Position numbers and translations under genes: made by a program. A stretch of 64,000 nucleotides of DNA, taken from the human T2T-CHM13v2.0 reference genome, Homo sapiens. The stretch lies in assembly GCF_009914755.1 (NCBI RefSeq), contig NC_060929.1; one strand, 5' to 3'. How positions within the stretch are numbered: position 1 is the stretch's first letter; each line of letters opens with the position of its first letter. Below are positions 42,917 through 57,790 of the stretch, piece after piece. Under the pieces are notes generated by a model. The model had not been told where the DNA came from, ran no database searches, and saw only the letters and a list, made by a program, of their open reading frames with translations.

Positions 42917-43250
<334 letters not shown>

Positions 43251-46113
43251 TATAAGGCCATTTTTTATTGTTATTTATGAGCGTAAAGAATTTCAGGGGT
43301 AAGGGGTAAGTCTTCACTATTTCTACTCTTCTCTTAAGTGCTGACCTCATACCCAATAAGATCAACCTCAACAGTGTGTAATAGGTCACTCTTAATATTG
43401 TTGGTCTGGCAAAATGAGGTGCTGGTGACTTTTCAGAAAATGTTACAAGCCACCCCTCTGCCCAGCTACCCTCCTTCGGAAGAATCTTCTGTGCCATGTT
43501 TCCTCATGACCTTGTATTCTTCCCTTGCTTATTATAAATGAATGCACGTACTTCACTCATTAATCCATTAGCTAAGCACCTGCTCTGTGGAAGGCCCTGT
43601 GCTGAGTTATTTGGTAACAATATGGATCAAAAGTGATCCAATATAGATCAATATGGTCAATATGTGACCAAGGAGGTCACAGCCTCTGGTGAGACACAGA
43701 CAAGGGTGTCTATTTCTATCAGAAATCAACAGGGTATCTTGAGCTATGACAGAGACCTCTACAATAGGTAGTTCAAGCACAAAAGGAGGGGGCCCATTGG
43801 CTTTAGGAGCATGTCAGGAAGGGTCTCAGAGCTGGACAACTTTTATCTAGGCTTTGACGTATGTGTAGGAGTTTACCAAGTAGAGTATCTTAAGGCTGCA
43901 TTCAAAGATTTACCAACTCAACTTTAAGAATTATGTCTCTGAATGTGTACCTCTCAGTAAAAGGTCTCTTTTTTCTTATACAATTTTTTGAAGAAAGGGA
44001 GAGTTTATATTCCTCTTGGAGCTCTGTCTGGAGCCTTCTCCTAACTTGCACAACTGCTTTTTGAGGAAAAAAGAAGCTGGTAAAATATCCTGTGTCTAAA
44101 AGCCACAAAAATATACAGAGCAGGATCTAAGTTTGACATAGAAATACATTCTATAAACGCATTCCTAGCTCCACTTCCTCACCCTCCAACTGCCAGTAAT
44201 TTATTCAGACAGCTTCAGCTGAAACCATTTCTCGCTTGGTATAATATTCTGGAAAGGTGTGTTAGGATTTTCTTCACTCTGCAGGGCTTTGTTCTTTTCT
44301 TGCCAAGAAACCATTCTATCCCTCGGCCTCTAACTTCCATGAGCTGCGGTAGATGGGGAATGGACCCAGTCCTCTCTGGCAGGAAAAGCAAATGATTTCT
44401 GTGTTTCTAGATGTTTCTTTTCAATTCACTTCTGATGGACGTGTCCAGTGCCGCAGGGGTGATAGAAGGCTTTCACTCGTCCTTTATGTGACCCAGGGAG
44501 ATGGGTCTTCCAGTTCAGCCCCTTTTACAGGTGAGGACAGAAGTGGAAAAGAAAGGACAGAAGAGAGAATGGGAAAGAAAGAGACTTCATGGGCACTTGC
44601 TTTGGCAGGTACCTTTCACATAGGAGATTGAATTGCGTCCTCTGAACAACCCAGGAAGGAGGCATTATGGGCCCTATTTTATACCTAAGAAAACTGAGGC
44701 TCAGAGAGGAGAAGTAGCCCACCGGAAATCAGCAAGGCCCCTATGTGACCCCAGCTCCCTCTTATCTGGAATGAGACCCTAAGGCTTGAAAAACCTTGGG
44801 GTTGAAAAACCCCAAGGCCATCATGTCATGCTACCCCCTGAGACTGTCCTGAGGGCCTGGCCTGTGCCTCTCAGTTGGGAACTAAGAAAGGTGAGATATG
44901 GATCCTCCCCGCCCGGACCCTCATATTGGTGAGGAGCAAGAACAAAGGGAGGCATTCCAGGATGGGGACCAGCCCGAATGACAACTGCCGCCTTTGTAAA
45001 GCCCTGCCGGACACTCCCAGACACTCACTGCTGAAACATTCAATCCATCCTCCTGACAATCTGGAGATAAGTGCAAATATTATCCTCATTTACAGCCCGA
45101 AGCAGAAGATTTGGGCAAAGGCTGTGTGATTCCACAGCACAAGCTCCCAATCACTGAAGACAGTCGTATAGCTTAGCCCTGGGGTCTTACTGCCTAGCGC
45201 CATGCCTTTTTCTGTGATGAGCTGTGTGTGCTTGGGCAAGTTATTTCCCCTCTCTGGGCCTCCATTTCCAGGGCTGTAAAATGAGGATGACACCAGTAAT
45301 TAACTCAAGGCAGTGTTGTGAGGATTCAATGGGAAAGCACAAGCAAAGCCCTTAGCGCCGCCTGGGCTTCCTGCCTGTGCAGGGCTGGACGACTGCAGCT
45401 GAATACCTAGCGTGAGTAGGAGCCACCATCTGCCTTCTGGTCATTCCAGGTGTCATATCTGCATATTCATTAGATCCACTCTGAGCACAGGAAAAAGGGA
45501 CAGACCTGGGAATGTCTGCCATGGGCTCTGAACCTGCCCCTTTGGAGTGGAGTACAGTTCTGCCAGAGGAGGGCAGAGCTGGGTGAAATTTTCTTTCCCT
45601 GTTACCTGCCTCCAACACAGCCAGCTTCTGCATTGGTGGCCAAAGGAAAAGAATTATTCTTCCTCTGGCAAGATTTGGTAGACCTGATCCTTAGGAAAAT
45701 TTCGTTGGGAGGTGAGGGAGGTGAAAACTGTGTCTCCATTGAATGTTCCCAAGAACCAAGTAGAAGGAGCTTTTTCCTAAAAAGCCATTTGGATGTGGGA
45801 GGTAACCTCTTGCTCTGATTGCTTCTCTTAGGCTTAGTTATCTGATCTGAAAATTTACCCCCCTCATATATTTCACTTAAGGGACTGAAATACATTCTCA
45901 GTACTATCTAACGGAGTAGGGTAGGAATGGTAACGCTGCCCATAATGCCTGCGTGGGAAGTGGGAGGGAGCCCTGTGGAACCAGACAGACCACCTGCTCA
46001 CCACACAGCTGGGTTAGAATCCCAGCTCAGCCACCTCCAGCCTGTGTCACATTGGACCTGCCTCTTTTCCTGTCTAAGCCCCAGTTACTTTTTCTGTAAA
46101 AAGGGAGCAACAA

Positions 46114-46520
46114 TTGTACTAGTATCCGAGGCCGCCATAATAAAGTACCACAAATGGAGTGGCTTAAAACAGAAACATATTCCCTCGCAGTTCTAGAGGC
46201 TGGCAGTGTAAAATCAAGGTGTTGGCAGGGCCGTGCCCCTTTTGAAGTTTTAGGGGAGAATCTGTTCTGGGCTTCTCTCCTGGCACCTGGTGCTGCCGGC
46301 AATTCCTGGCTTTCCTTGGCTTGTGGACACATCACTCCCCTCTCGGCCTCTGTGGCCACATGGAGCTCTCCCTGCCTGGGTCTCTGTGCCCCTTCTTCTT
46401 AAAAGAACACCAGTTATACTGAGTTGAGCCTCCCCACTTCCCGCAATGGCCTCTTCTTAACCTGATTACATCTTCAAAGACCCTATTTCCAAATAAGGTC
46501 ACTTCAATGTATCGTTTTTT
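46114..46520 (-). mobile_element. MLT1B/C-like LTR
   Basis: tgtactagtatcc..gccgccataataaagtaccacaaa..ggcttaaaacag..gaccctatttccaaataaggtcac. Confidence 0.85.
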
Positions 46521-46968
46521 TGAGGGTTAAACAGGTACTTATGCCAAGTGGCCAGCCCAGCACCTAGCCCCTGGGAGCTTTCATTCTGGAAGTTGTGTGG
46601 ATGCATTTTTGTTATGCTTCATCTCAGTGTCCCCAGAAACATCTCAGTGACCCACTTTGCCCTTGTCTTCTTTAACAAAATGCATTTGTTTTTTCATGAC
46701 ACAATAATACATATTTGTAAAGGGAAAGAAACATGATATGAAATATACTTATACAAAATGTCTAGAGAAGGAAATTTTCATTCATTTTTAACAGCTACAT
46801 GGTGTTCCATAAGATGGCTAGAATTGAAAAAAAAATTAACCACTCCCTATTTGGGGACATTTTGATTACCTCTAGTTTCTTATCATTACAAGAACACACC
46901 TGTAGGAACCTCCTGATGCAAGCCTGACTCACCTGTGCTCCAATAGGAGCTTTCTTCTTGATACGTAA

Positions 46969-46969
<1 letters not shown>

Positions 46970-47032
<63 letters not shown>
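46970..47032. repeat. (CA)n microsatellite, ~31 perfect units
   Basis: Seen directly. Confidence 0.97.
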
Positions 47033-47034
<2 letters not shown>

Positions 47035-48221
47035 AGGCCAGCAGAAGCTTTAAGCCTCCTATGCTATGAAAAAAAGACAGCTGGAACATCTGAATAATTA
47101 GAATCTTGATTAATGAGATGCAGCTTGGCTCCCTGGAGGCCGCTTTCAGGGATAACCTGGGACTCTAAGCTGCTGGTATTCTCCAAAGGCCTGTTCAACA
47201 CGGTTGGGCAAATCCAAAAGTGATGCTATCACAGTGCAGCTGACGATGTGAATTCATGAGCGATAATCTTGATCACCGCCACCATCCTCTCTCGTTGTTT
47301 GTTTCTTTCCTCACCTGCTAAATTGGTTCTACCATGAACTTCCCAAGATATAAGGCATGTGCTGCTTGGTCAAGAGGTTCATCAAAATCCTGGAGTGGCT
47401 TTCTTCTCTAGGTACCCAGAGAAGCCACACTCCAACCAGTTTAAGGGTGGGAGAGCTGTAAGCAGACTAAACCTTCCTATGCAGGAAGGCATAGCTGGCA
47501 AAACTTTTCTATTCCCAGGACAATGTGTTCAGCTGGGGTTCCAGCAGCACTTAACCTCTCAGGTCAAGTGAACTTGCCAAGTTTCAAAGGCAATTTGGGT
47601 GGGATATGTAGCCACTTTGATAAAGAGGCTTAGAGCAAGGCGTTGAAACACCATCACCTGCCTCCCCACTTGCTCTCCGAAAGGCCAGCTTCTAACAGCT
47701 TCCATCCCGTAGGTGGGTAATCTATGTGTTATCTAATCATGAAAAAGAGAAGGTGGCATCTGGTTACAACATCAGCTGAAATTCACCATTCAGGGTAACA
47801 GAGACCCCATATACCATGCTCTTCCTCCTTCTCTATCCATTCAACAAAGTCATCCTAAAATCTTCCTTATGTGTCAGCCTTGGCTAGAAGCTTTCCAGTC
47901 CAAGTATCTCAATCATCCTTCACCACCACCAAGTGGATGTTGCTGCCTCTGTAAGGTAGATAAGGAAACAAAAGCCGAGAAAAGTGTTCAAGCTTCACCC
48001 AGCTGGTAAAGGGCAGAGTCAGAATTTGACTTTATGCCTATTGCCAAAACCCACATTTTTTTCTTGATGATCTTCCTGTTTCCTTAAGGCTTCAGATTTT
48101 TAAAAATCATCAAAAAAATTTAAATGAAAATCAAGAGTCTATTATCTTATCACCCTAATCTCTTTTCATTTGGGGCTATTATCTCAATTATTGTCTGCTC
48201 TGTTTCAGACATTGCACTGGC

Positions 48222-48450
48222 TGAATAGATGAATGAATGAGTAGATGGATAGATGGGTGGGTGAGTGGATGGATGGGTGTGGATGGATGGGTGGGTGAGT
48301 AGATGTATGTGTATGTATGGATGGATGAGTGCGTGGATGGATACATGGATGGATGGATGGATGGATGGATGAGTGGATGGATGGATAAATGTGTGAATGG
48401 ATGGGTGGGTGGATGAATGGAAGAATGTCAATGGATGGATGGATGGGTGT
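48222..48450. repeat. Complex (TGGA)n/(TGGG)n simple repeat
   Basis: ggatggatggatggatg runs. Confidence 0.92.
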
Positions 48451-50311
48451 GTAGGTGGCAGATGGGAGGCTAATCAATTAACCAGTTTCTTTTCCTTTGC
48501 ATGGAGGACTTCTCCTGGAATAATGCCCCTCTCATTCTGAGTCATGCTGTACAGACACACTGCATGACCCCCAGCACTCACTGCTTTTCTCTCTTCAATA
48601 GAGAAATGGGCAAGCAAGATTGAGGAGACCATCTTCCTGGTGTTTAAGAACATCAGCATGACCAAGGTTACAATGCGGGGCTGAGAAAATGGCATCCTGA
48701 GTCATGGGTTTTCCAGGACTGCTTGGCTGAACACTTGCTCCTGTTGTTGAGTAAAGTGGTCAGCTAAATCCAGATCAAAAGACTCCTAGAAAGGTGACTG
48801 TCAAAAATCCTGTAAAGCCATGGCTCCTGGGTCAGGGAGGAGGTTTCTTAAGTCTTACGACTCCTACTCTGACTCCCTCTCTTAGATGCTACAGACTAGG
48901 AGGGTCTGCGAATCCTGTAGTCAGCTCTGACGTTGGGAACCAACCCTCCATTTTTTTAAGACTGACCCCAAGAGCAGGGCAGACAGGTGCACGGGGAAGA
49001 GCACTGGTTTAGGAGTCAGTCAGACTTGGGGTTGAGTCTTAGCTTTGCCTCTGACCCTGGGAAAGTTTCTTAGCTTTGCCGGGTCTTGGTTTCTTTGTCT
49101 GTAAATTGAGAATAGTGTTATTACCTACAAAAGGGCTGAGGGGCTATGGGGGTGGGGACAGTGGTGGGGACTACACTACATAGTAATGGGCCAGGTTCCT
49201 GGCACAGAGCTGGAAAAATCCTAGGTGCTCAGTAGATGTCAGTCTATCAATTTCTGCACCTCTGGCCTTTGAGACTCACTTCGGAATACAAAAATGGGAA
49301 TATCTCTTTGAGTAAATACATGCCGAGTTTCCTATTTTCTTATACACTGGAATGGAAATTTGATGGGCTTGGTCTTGGTTTATATTTCACTTTCTAGATC
49401 CTGCTTGGCTAAAGCTGAGGTCTCTCAGTGGAGAGAGTTGGAAAGGCTTGAGCTTCAAAATATTTAGAATATGACTCTGAATTTGCTCCCATTTCCCACA
49501 ATGATACACAAAAAATTGGTTCATTCTTCCCACTCCACTGACTCGGCAAAGATGTGATCCTCTAAAATAACAACCCCAGCCCAAGAAAAGGGAGTATTTC
49601 ACACTCTCCATCTGCAGTGTGTCATGAAGAGGAAAGGAAAAATAAAGAAACCTTTAACAATTTGCCATATTGTATGCTTTGGAAGAGCCTAGTAAACTTG
49701 CCAGCAAATTGCTTCTAATTATAGGAAACCTGCCTTTGGCTTCAGGAAACACTCACTAGCGTCATTCCACTTCTCAGTTCTTGGCAGAAGCAGAAGTTTC
49801 TTCCATTATTATTTCAGTTGGCTTGAGCTATCGACAAGGAATTTATCAAATGGGGCATGCAGCCGCCTCCGTGGAATTAGTACTAGAGGAGAAAGTGCGT
49901 GGGAGCCAGGTGAAACAGGCCAGCCTCTGAAGAGTCCGGATACAACCTCCAGGACCAGTGTCAGCTGTCAACAATGATGATCTGCCTGTCTTATGATCAA
50001 TTTTTATTTCAGAAGTTACAGAATGCATACATGTCATTATCATAAAATCTAGTAAAATATCAAATTCCCACATATCTCTCTTCCTCAAAACTGTACCTTT
50101 CCCCAGGATGGTTCACCATTCTACTGACTTTTCCTAATTCTGCTGAAGCTTGTCAAGAGTCCTCTTATTAACTACTGCTCACTTCCCAGCTTTGGGTACA
50201 CCATCGGGTCCCTTCTGGGCCCTTTCAGATACTCTGTCTTCATCTTTCCTCTTTCTCTTTGAAATGTGTATATACTTGTTCTTTTTTTAATTGGGTGATA
50301 TATTTAGCTAC

Positions 50312-50675
50312 TGTTCCATTAAAGGGCCATATATGCAAAGCTGCCCCCCAAACACAAAAGGATTCAAGAAACCAGAGAAGGAGGCAAACAAGTCCAGCTT
50401 GTCATTATAGGGCGATTTTACTGGGAAACTTATGGACACCGTTGCTTCCAGACTCAGGAATTATATACTGTAGGGAAAGGGAGTACCTGCTTAATTTAAC
50501 CTAAGGGCAGAAACATAAGTTAAGTATGAGTTTATCAAGGTTGATTTGATCTAAAGGCAGGATTTACAGGGAACAATAGCGAAACTGGAAATCTTAGAGA
50601 TTCCCAGAACCTGCATTAATCAGAGATCAACATGTCAGATTATCTTCCAAGATGGAGTCACTTTAGCATCTAGGG
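50312..50675 (-). mobile_element. LTR47-like ERV solo LTR
   Basis: Reverse complement gctaaagtgactccatcttggaagataatctgacatgttgatctctgattaa resembles the recalled LTR47 5' end. Confidence 0.55.
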
Positions 50676-50784
50676 CAACACAACTGTCCTTCTTCCCTTA
50701 ATAGTGAATTTATATTGGAGATCATCCTTCCTGGTATCTATAGGGGTACCTCATTCATTAAATGGTTATATTCTAGTTTATAGA

Positions 50785-50876
50785 AGTGCAGTCCAGTAGA
50801 AATATAATGCTAGTCAGTTTTCTAGTAGCCACATTAGAAAAAAAGTACAAAGAAATAGGTGGAATTAATTTTAATG
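50785..50876 (+). mobile_element. MER33-like hAT fragment
   Basis: gtccagtagaaatataatg..ttttctagtagccacatt..aggtggaattaattttaat. Confidence 0.65.
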
Positions 50877-52115
50877 TCCCACGCCTTATCAACCTTTGTC
50901 TACAAAGATCATACCTATTCTAATGATAGTATGGTGTCATGGAAACTCTATCCCTTTTCTACTCTTCCACTCAAGGGTCTCCAAGCTAGTCCAAAGAACC
51001 CTGGGGAAGGCAAACACTGCTTTTTCCTCATCCATCCAGCTCTCCTGGCATGTCCTCTAATAAAAATGTTCATTTCTCAGTGTCCCAAAACTCTCGTCCA
51101 TATGAATATGTGTAAATAGTCACTTGGAAAAGGCACAGAGGCAGAGTAGCTATGGAAAGAGAAAATAATTTAGCTAGTCTGGACTCAGCTAAGGTAATTA
51201 AAAATACTGTAACTCATTCATTTATTCTGTAAGGATTCAGCATCAACCCTGCCCCAGACCTTTTTCTGGATTCAGGAAATGCCTGATTTCTTCTTTCAAA
51301 TAGTTTACAGTCTTCTGAATGAGACAGACAGGCAAATCATGTGCACTGGGCTAACATGGTACACATAAAAGAGGACAACCAAGAATTCCTTCAGGGAGGG
51401 AGTGAAGCCCAACCTTGACTGGAAGGATGGGAAGTGGTAAGCCAGGGAAGGCAGTGAACACCTGGAATGTCCAAGATTAGGAGGAGTTTGCTAGGTGAGG
51501 GAAGGAGAGAAGCACCCTCTAGGTAGAGGAAGCTATGAGTTAAAGGAGTCAGGGGTGGCGGATGAAAAGGCAGATTCATGAGGCCGTGTTGCATGATGGT
51601 GCAGGGTTAGAGTAGAGGAACATTAGCTGGAGAATCAGATGGACCAGCCCAAGTAACTCTTTCCTAGCCACCAAAACAGATTTTAAAATATGTCAAAAAT
51701 TCAACTGGCCATCTTCTCTCCAAAGCCTGCTCCCCATCCAGTGTTCTCAGACTGGCCCAACAACCTCACCCAGGTGATTATTCCCTGTCCTTCAATCCCA
51801 TATTTAAAGCCATCCTTGATGACCCTCCCGTCCAATCTCTCATCCCCATCACAACTGCTGTCACCCTAATTGCACCACCTCAGCTTTCTCAGGGGAGCTG
51901 TGCCAGCCCCAGACTTGTCATCCGCATTCTTTGTTGCTACTTCTGACCTTCCCCACACCGCAGGGCGGCCATTCCAAAATGGAAATCCGACCATGCACTA
52001 GTCATTCACTGATTCCCATTTTCCTCAGGATAAAGAGTTTTAGACATCTCTGATCTGCAGATCTGTTAATAAATGAACTTTCTGGAATAATCTCCACTCT
52101 CCTTCACTTACCCCA

Positions 52116-52504
52116 TGTATTAGTCCGTTTTCATACTGCTATAAAGAACTGCATGAGATTGGGCAATTTATAAAGGAAAGAGGCTGAATTGACTCACAGT
52201 TCAGCATGGCTGGGGAGACCTCAGGAAACTTACAATCATGGTGGAAGGTGAAGGGGAAGCAAGGCACCTTCTTCACCAGGCAGCAGGAAGGGGAAATGTC
52301 CAGCAAAGAGGGAAGAGCCCCTTATAAAACCATCAGATCTTGTGAGAACTCACTCACTATCATGAGAACAGCATGGGGGAAACCGCCCCCAATGATTCAA
52401 TTGCCTCCACCTGGTCTCTCCCTTGACACACGGGGATTATGGGGATTATGGAGATTACAATTCCAGATGAGATTTGGGTGGGGACACAAAGCCTAACCAT
52501 ATTA
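52116..52504 (-). mobile_element. THE1D-like MaLR solo LTR with 5-bp TSD
   Basis: tgtattagtccgttttcatactgctataaag..gggacacaaagcctaaccatatta; TSD cccca at 52111-52115 and 52505-52509. Confidence 0.93.
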
Positions 52505-52977
52505 CCCCAGAACCCAACCTTATCAAGCCATCCCATTTTCTCAACATGTCATAACTTTCACATCTCCATTCCTGCCCCATCGTATTATTTCTGCTTGGAA
52601 TTTTTATTCACCTATGCTACCAGGCTAGTTTTTTTTTTTCTTTGAAGCCCTAGCTCAAAAAGCTTCTCCTTTAGCTAGCCCAACCTGTTCCTCCCATCCA
52701 GGAAGAATAAAATAATTGGTTCTTCATCTGTGTTCTCAGGCACTATTGTCTCTTTAATACACTATACCATAATTTTACCATGGTTCTGTAACTCAAGTAA
52801 ATTTCAGACAACACAGTGGTCCACTGTCAGCCCAGTCTCAAGTCCCAAAAAGCACAACTATGCAACACACAAGTAGTAAAAAGTAGTTAAAATCTTTGCT
52901 GAGACATGCCATGGAAATGGCAAAGAGGGGAATGAATTTCCAATTAATACTACACATCTTTAAAATTATCTCCCAGT

Positions 52978-53328
52978 GAATACTGTGCAGCCGTAAAAAA
53001 GGATGAGTTCATGTCCTTTGCAGGGACATGGATGAAGCTGGAAACCATCATTCTCAGCAAACTATCACAAGGACAGAAAACCAAACACTACATATTCTCA
53101 CTTATAGGTGGGAATTGAACAATGAGATCACTTGGACACAGGGCGGGGAGCTTCACACACCGGGGCCTGTCAGGGGTGGGGGATAGGGGGAGGGACAGCA
53201 TTAGGAGAAATACCTAATGTAAATGATAAGTTGATGGATCCAGCAAGCCAACATGGCACATGTATACCTATGTATCAAACCTGCACATTGTGCATATGTA
53301 CTCTAAAACTTAAAGTATAATAAAAAAA
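52978..53328 (+). mobile_element. 5'-truncated L1PA 3' end with TSD
   Basis: ggatgagttcatgtcctttgcagggacatggatgaagctgg..aacttaaagtataataaaaa; TSD aaaattat(c/a)tccca(g/a)tga. Confidence 0.95.
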
Positions 53329-54161
53329 TTATATCCCAATGATTGACTCTTTCAATATCCTTCTCAGTCAACAGTTGTTCCCTAAACTAACTCATTCATT
53401 CTCTCTCTCCCAAATCCTAACTTTCTAAAGCTACCTCTGACATCTGCCTTGCATGTTTGTTTATTTCTGCCTTCTTATCAAGGCCACTGACTTACACACA
53501 TGACGGACACCATTCCCACTATAGTCTTTGGAGTGGAGCTTCCAAAGATGCTATTTCCATAGAATACCATGTGAATGGTGTTCCCTGCAACACAGCAGAT
53601 CTGCTCCCATCCCTCTCTCAGCTCTGTTCTGCGTATATCAATTTAGTATCTCTAGCTCTTTCTCCCTTAGCTAGTTTCTGGATGCTGACTCAACAAGCAA
53701 AGATCTCTCTCCCAACAGCCATGGGAGAAGGTAGAAGATCATGAATACTAGTTCATTAATTACTGTTGTCTCTGTTACATCTGTTTTTGAGTCAGTCTTT
53801 CCCAGCAAATGGTGAGCTCTTCCATGTCACAGGCTGTATTTTACTTAGCTTGGTGGTTCCAGAGCCTGCACAGATTCCAGAACATCTAGATGCTCAATTA
53901 CTGAGTCAACGACTTTTAAAGAAAAAAAATATGTAAAAGCTTAAATGGCCCATAACTTTCCAAAATAAAAAGAGCACTGAACACATTGGTTTTTATATTA
54001 CTAATATATCTACGTTACTTCGTTTCAAAGGTTAGTATCTTTTAGCCATGGGCTTTCAAATTATAGTCTACATCAGACAAAAGTTTCAAGAAAAAAAGTT
54101 ACCATTACTTCATCCAATACATTCTAGTTTATTCTGTTTCTTTCTTTAAGTATTGTTTTAA

Positions 54162-54539
<378 letters not shown>

Positions 54540-54554
54540 TGCTCTAGTTTCTCT

Positions 54555-54873
54555 TTTTCTTTCTTTCTTTTTCTTTTTTTTTTTTTTTTTTTTTGAGACA
54601 GAGTCTCACTCTGTCTCCCAGGCTGGAGTGCAGTGGCACTATCTAGGCTCACTGCTAGCTCGCCTCCCGGGTTCACGTCATTCTCCTGCCTCAGCCTGCC
54701 GAGTAGCTGGACCTATAGGCACCCACCACCACGCCTGGCTAATTTTTGTATTTTTAGTAGAGACGGGGTTTCACCGTGTTAACCAGGATGGTCTCAATCT
54801 CCTGACCTCATGATCCGCCCGCCTCGGCCTCCCAAAGTGCTGGGATTACAGGCGTGAGCCACCGTGCCTGGCC
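54555..54873 (-). mobile_element. Full-length AluY/Sc-like, tandem with the previous Alu
   Basis: ccgggttcacgtcattctcc; accgtgttaaccaggatggtctc. Confidence 0.95.
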
Positions 54874-57224
54874 TCCAGCTTTTCTTAAGAAGGATCCTTT
54901 TTTTTTGTCTCCTGTTAACACACCATTGTGTATTTCCCCAAATCAGCAGGCTCATGTGACAGTGGTCACCAGTTGGTACTCCTGGATAGCATCTCCTCCT
55001 TAGGAGAAACTTCCCTTTTTATGGCTACCTGTGTGGAAGTGGATATGGGGGTTCGGTTGGGAGAGCACTACTCTGAGTCCTCTAAGTCTCAAAATACAGG
55101 TCAGCTTGGGCACAAGATCACCACTTGGAACCCTAGTACTCAGAGCCCTGGTACTCTTCCTCCCCATGAGCTATAGGCCTGCCTTCTCTTTTGCCCAGTT
55201 GTACAGGGGGCAACTGTTGTCTTAAACATGGCATACTCACCTGTGCGCACATACACACATGCAAACACGTACACTTGTACACATGTGTCATTCATGAACA
55301 AACTCATGAATTCTCAGAGAAAATGGAGTCCCAAGTTATAAGGAGGAAAATAAAGTTTTTCCTAACCATTAAATAATGTGTACGATGCGTCTTTCTTGAC
55401 ACAGTCAGAACTCTAGGTTATTATTTTGAATAGTGTTTAATTACCTTTCTTCATGCATTGAACGTCATCCTACTTTCAGATTGGGCCCTGTTGGGTCTGC
55501 CAGAAAGAAGAAACGAGCTTGTTTTATAGCCTCTTAAAGACTTCTGCCCTATGCTAAAGTTGATGTGAGCTGGCCATTCTGGGAAGAACTTGACTATATT
55601 CCTGGACAAGGGCCCACGCTGGCCTTAGTTTCTGTCCGTGGAGACAGATGGGATGATTCTCTTCTTCCAGACATGGAGGAAATAGGAGAGCCTTGCTGAG
55701 AACTGAGACTCAGCCCAAAGTGGCCACGGAAGCAATGACGAATTTGTGGTATCATGGGGTTGTGGGTTTAGATTTCCACAGATGCCCAGACATGAGGGCC
55801 ACCTGATGATGTGTGTGAGCTTGGTAGCCAGTGCCTAGCATTTCCTTAGGAGGGAACATTCTCGAACACACAGCTCTTTCTCTCCATCACAAATCAAAAG
55901 GGGACAGAAATAAACAACAATAGCAACAGCAGGCCCAGCCCAAACAATGGACTTTGGCGAGTAAAATGCCCTGTAAGACTCTCAGTCCCTTGGTCCATAA
56001 AATAAAGACCACACCTGCCCTGCCAGCTTTGTAGAGCTGCAGGTAAGTAGGCTGCACATGAGATCCACGTGGGATGGGAAAGCAGTGCCAATACTACATG
56101 GTACCGTGCACATGGAAATGTTGGGATATTAAAAAGAATTTTAGTCACAATTCACAATAAAGCCTGTAAGATACACTTGCATTTCACAAATGAGAGAAAG
56201 GAACTAACAATTATGTGGCAGGCATTCAGCTGAGTCATTTCATAGATAATATCTCACGTCATCCTCATAATGGCAGTACGGTGAGGCAATGCTATTTTAT
56301 CTATGTTACAGAGGAAGGAGAGGTTCAGAGAGCTTACGTAACCCTCAAAATTTTACAGCCCAATAAGACAATAAGATTGTAAGCTGGGAGGTAAACTCTG
56401 GTGACTCAGGTCCAGGGTCATTGCTTCCCACCTCTGCTCCACATCTATGAGACCAAAATTAATCAGGGATACACCCTATTGCACAAGGCAGAAATCCCAG
56501 TGGCTGTCCTCAGAAGATTCCAGGAAGGGCAGGCCCTGAGCATCATGACATCACTTCCAGTAGAATCCAGTTGATTTTGGACATCCCTTCCAAATCTGAC
56601 ATTTATGGATTCCAAGGGTTACAGAAAATGAATCCTTTCTGGGCTGATCAGGGAATACTGCTTTCTTAAAGCCACCAGGCTCCCCGAGTGTTGTCCTTGA
56701 GTGGAATCTTCAGTGGTGACCGCATAACCTCTATTTATTCTGTGAGCTTAAAAGTCAGTCCTCAAACACTTGACTTTGGCTGTCAGCTCTAAACTGAAGT
56801 GGGAGATACTTGAGGTGGTTTGGATCTCAATGACTAGGCTCTTGGACTCGGGAGACATCCCGCTCTTCTTGGAGAAGCTTTTTCAAAATTTTTGCATGTT
56901 TTCTGATAGCAGTTACTTGAGCACTGCCGGCTTTCTGGTCCCATTCTAGCAAGGGAGATGAGCTGCCTTGGAGAGGCCATCTGAAGCTTGATGGGAGGCT
57001 GCTGTCTGAAGTTGTTACATCCCCTCAGTCTGTTTTTAGAAGCCTCTTGAAGAGAGGAGATAAACTGCTTGGCATCCTTGTTCATGATAATGGATGGGAA
57101 GGAGCCTAGCGGCTTGGGCTAGATGGCAGGGGAAGCTGGCAGGGATGTTGGAGACACTCCTGGCTCTGCACCAGCACCAGGCCAGTCCAGCCCTGAATAT
57201 CCTGAGCCATTCTAGGAGTAATCT

Positions 57225-57790
57225 CTCTGAAATGTGAATCTGACCCCAACACCACTTGCTTCCATGATTAAGTCGAAAGTCCTTAAGTTAGTCATGCAAG
57301 CCCCTCATGATCAGCTCCTTCCAACCTCTTCATCATTTTTGTCCTCCCTTCCTCTTCTTCCTCTACCTTCTCTCGAGGCTGGCAAGTCTACATGCATGGC
57401 ACAGCATTTGTTGCCTTTATGCCCCTGCTCAAGCTATACCCTCCACTTGGAATGACCTTCCCCAGCTCCTTGGCCTTACAAACTTCTCTTTGCCCTCAAG
57501 ATCCAGTTTAAGCATCTACCTTTCTCTAGCCTACAACCTCTACATGGCCCCAATCACACAGCATCACTATGTCCCCTATTAGTGACCTCATGGTACTCTT
57601 TGTTTATCCTATCAGAGCACCTGTCACACTAGGTGATGATTATCTGTTCTCATGTCTCTCTGTCTCCACTAGGCAGTGAATATCATAAGGGCAGGGACCA
57701 TGGCGATTCTCATAACAGCCTCAGGCTATTGCATGTCTCAACTCTGCACGTAGTAGATATATAGTAAATGTGAAAGAAAATCAGTAAGGG
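57225..57790 (+). mobile_element. L2 LINE 3' fragment
   Basis: ccctccacttggaatgaccttcccc..gtctccactaggcagtgaa..agggcagggacca..acgtagtagat. Confidence 0.65.
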
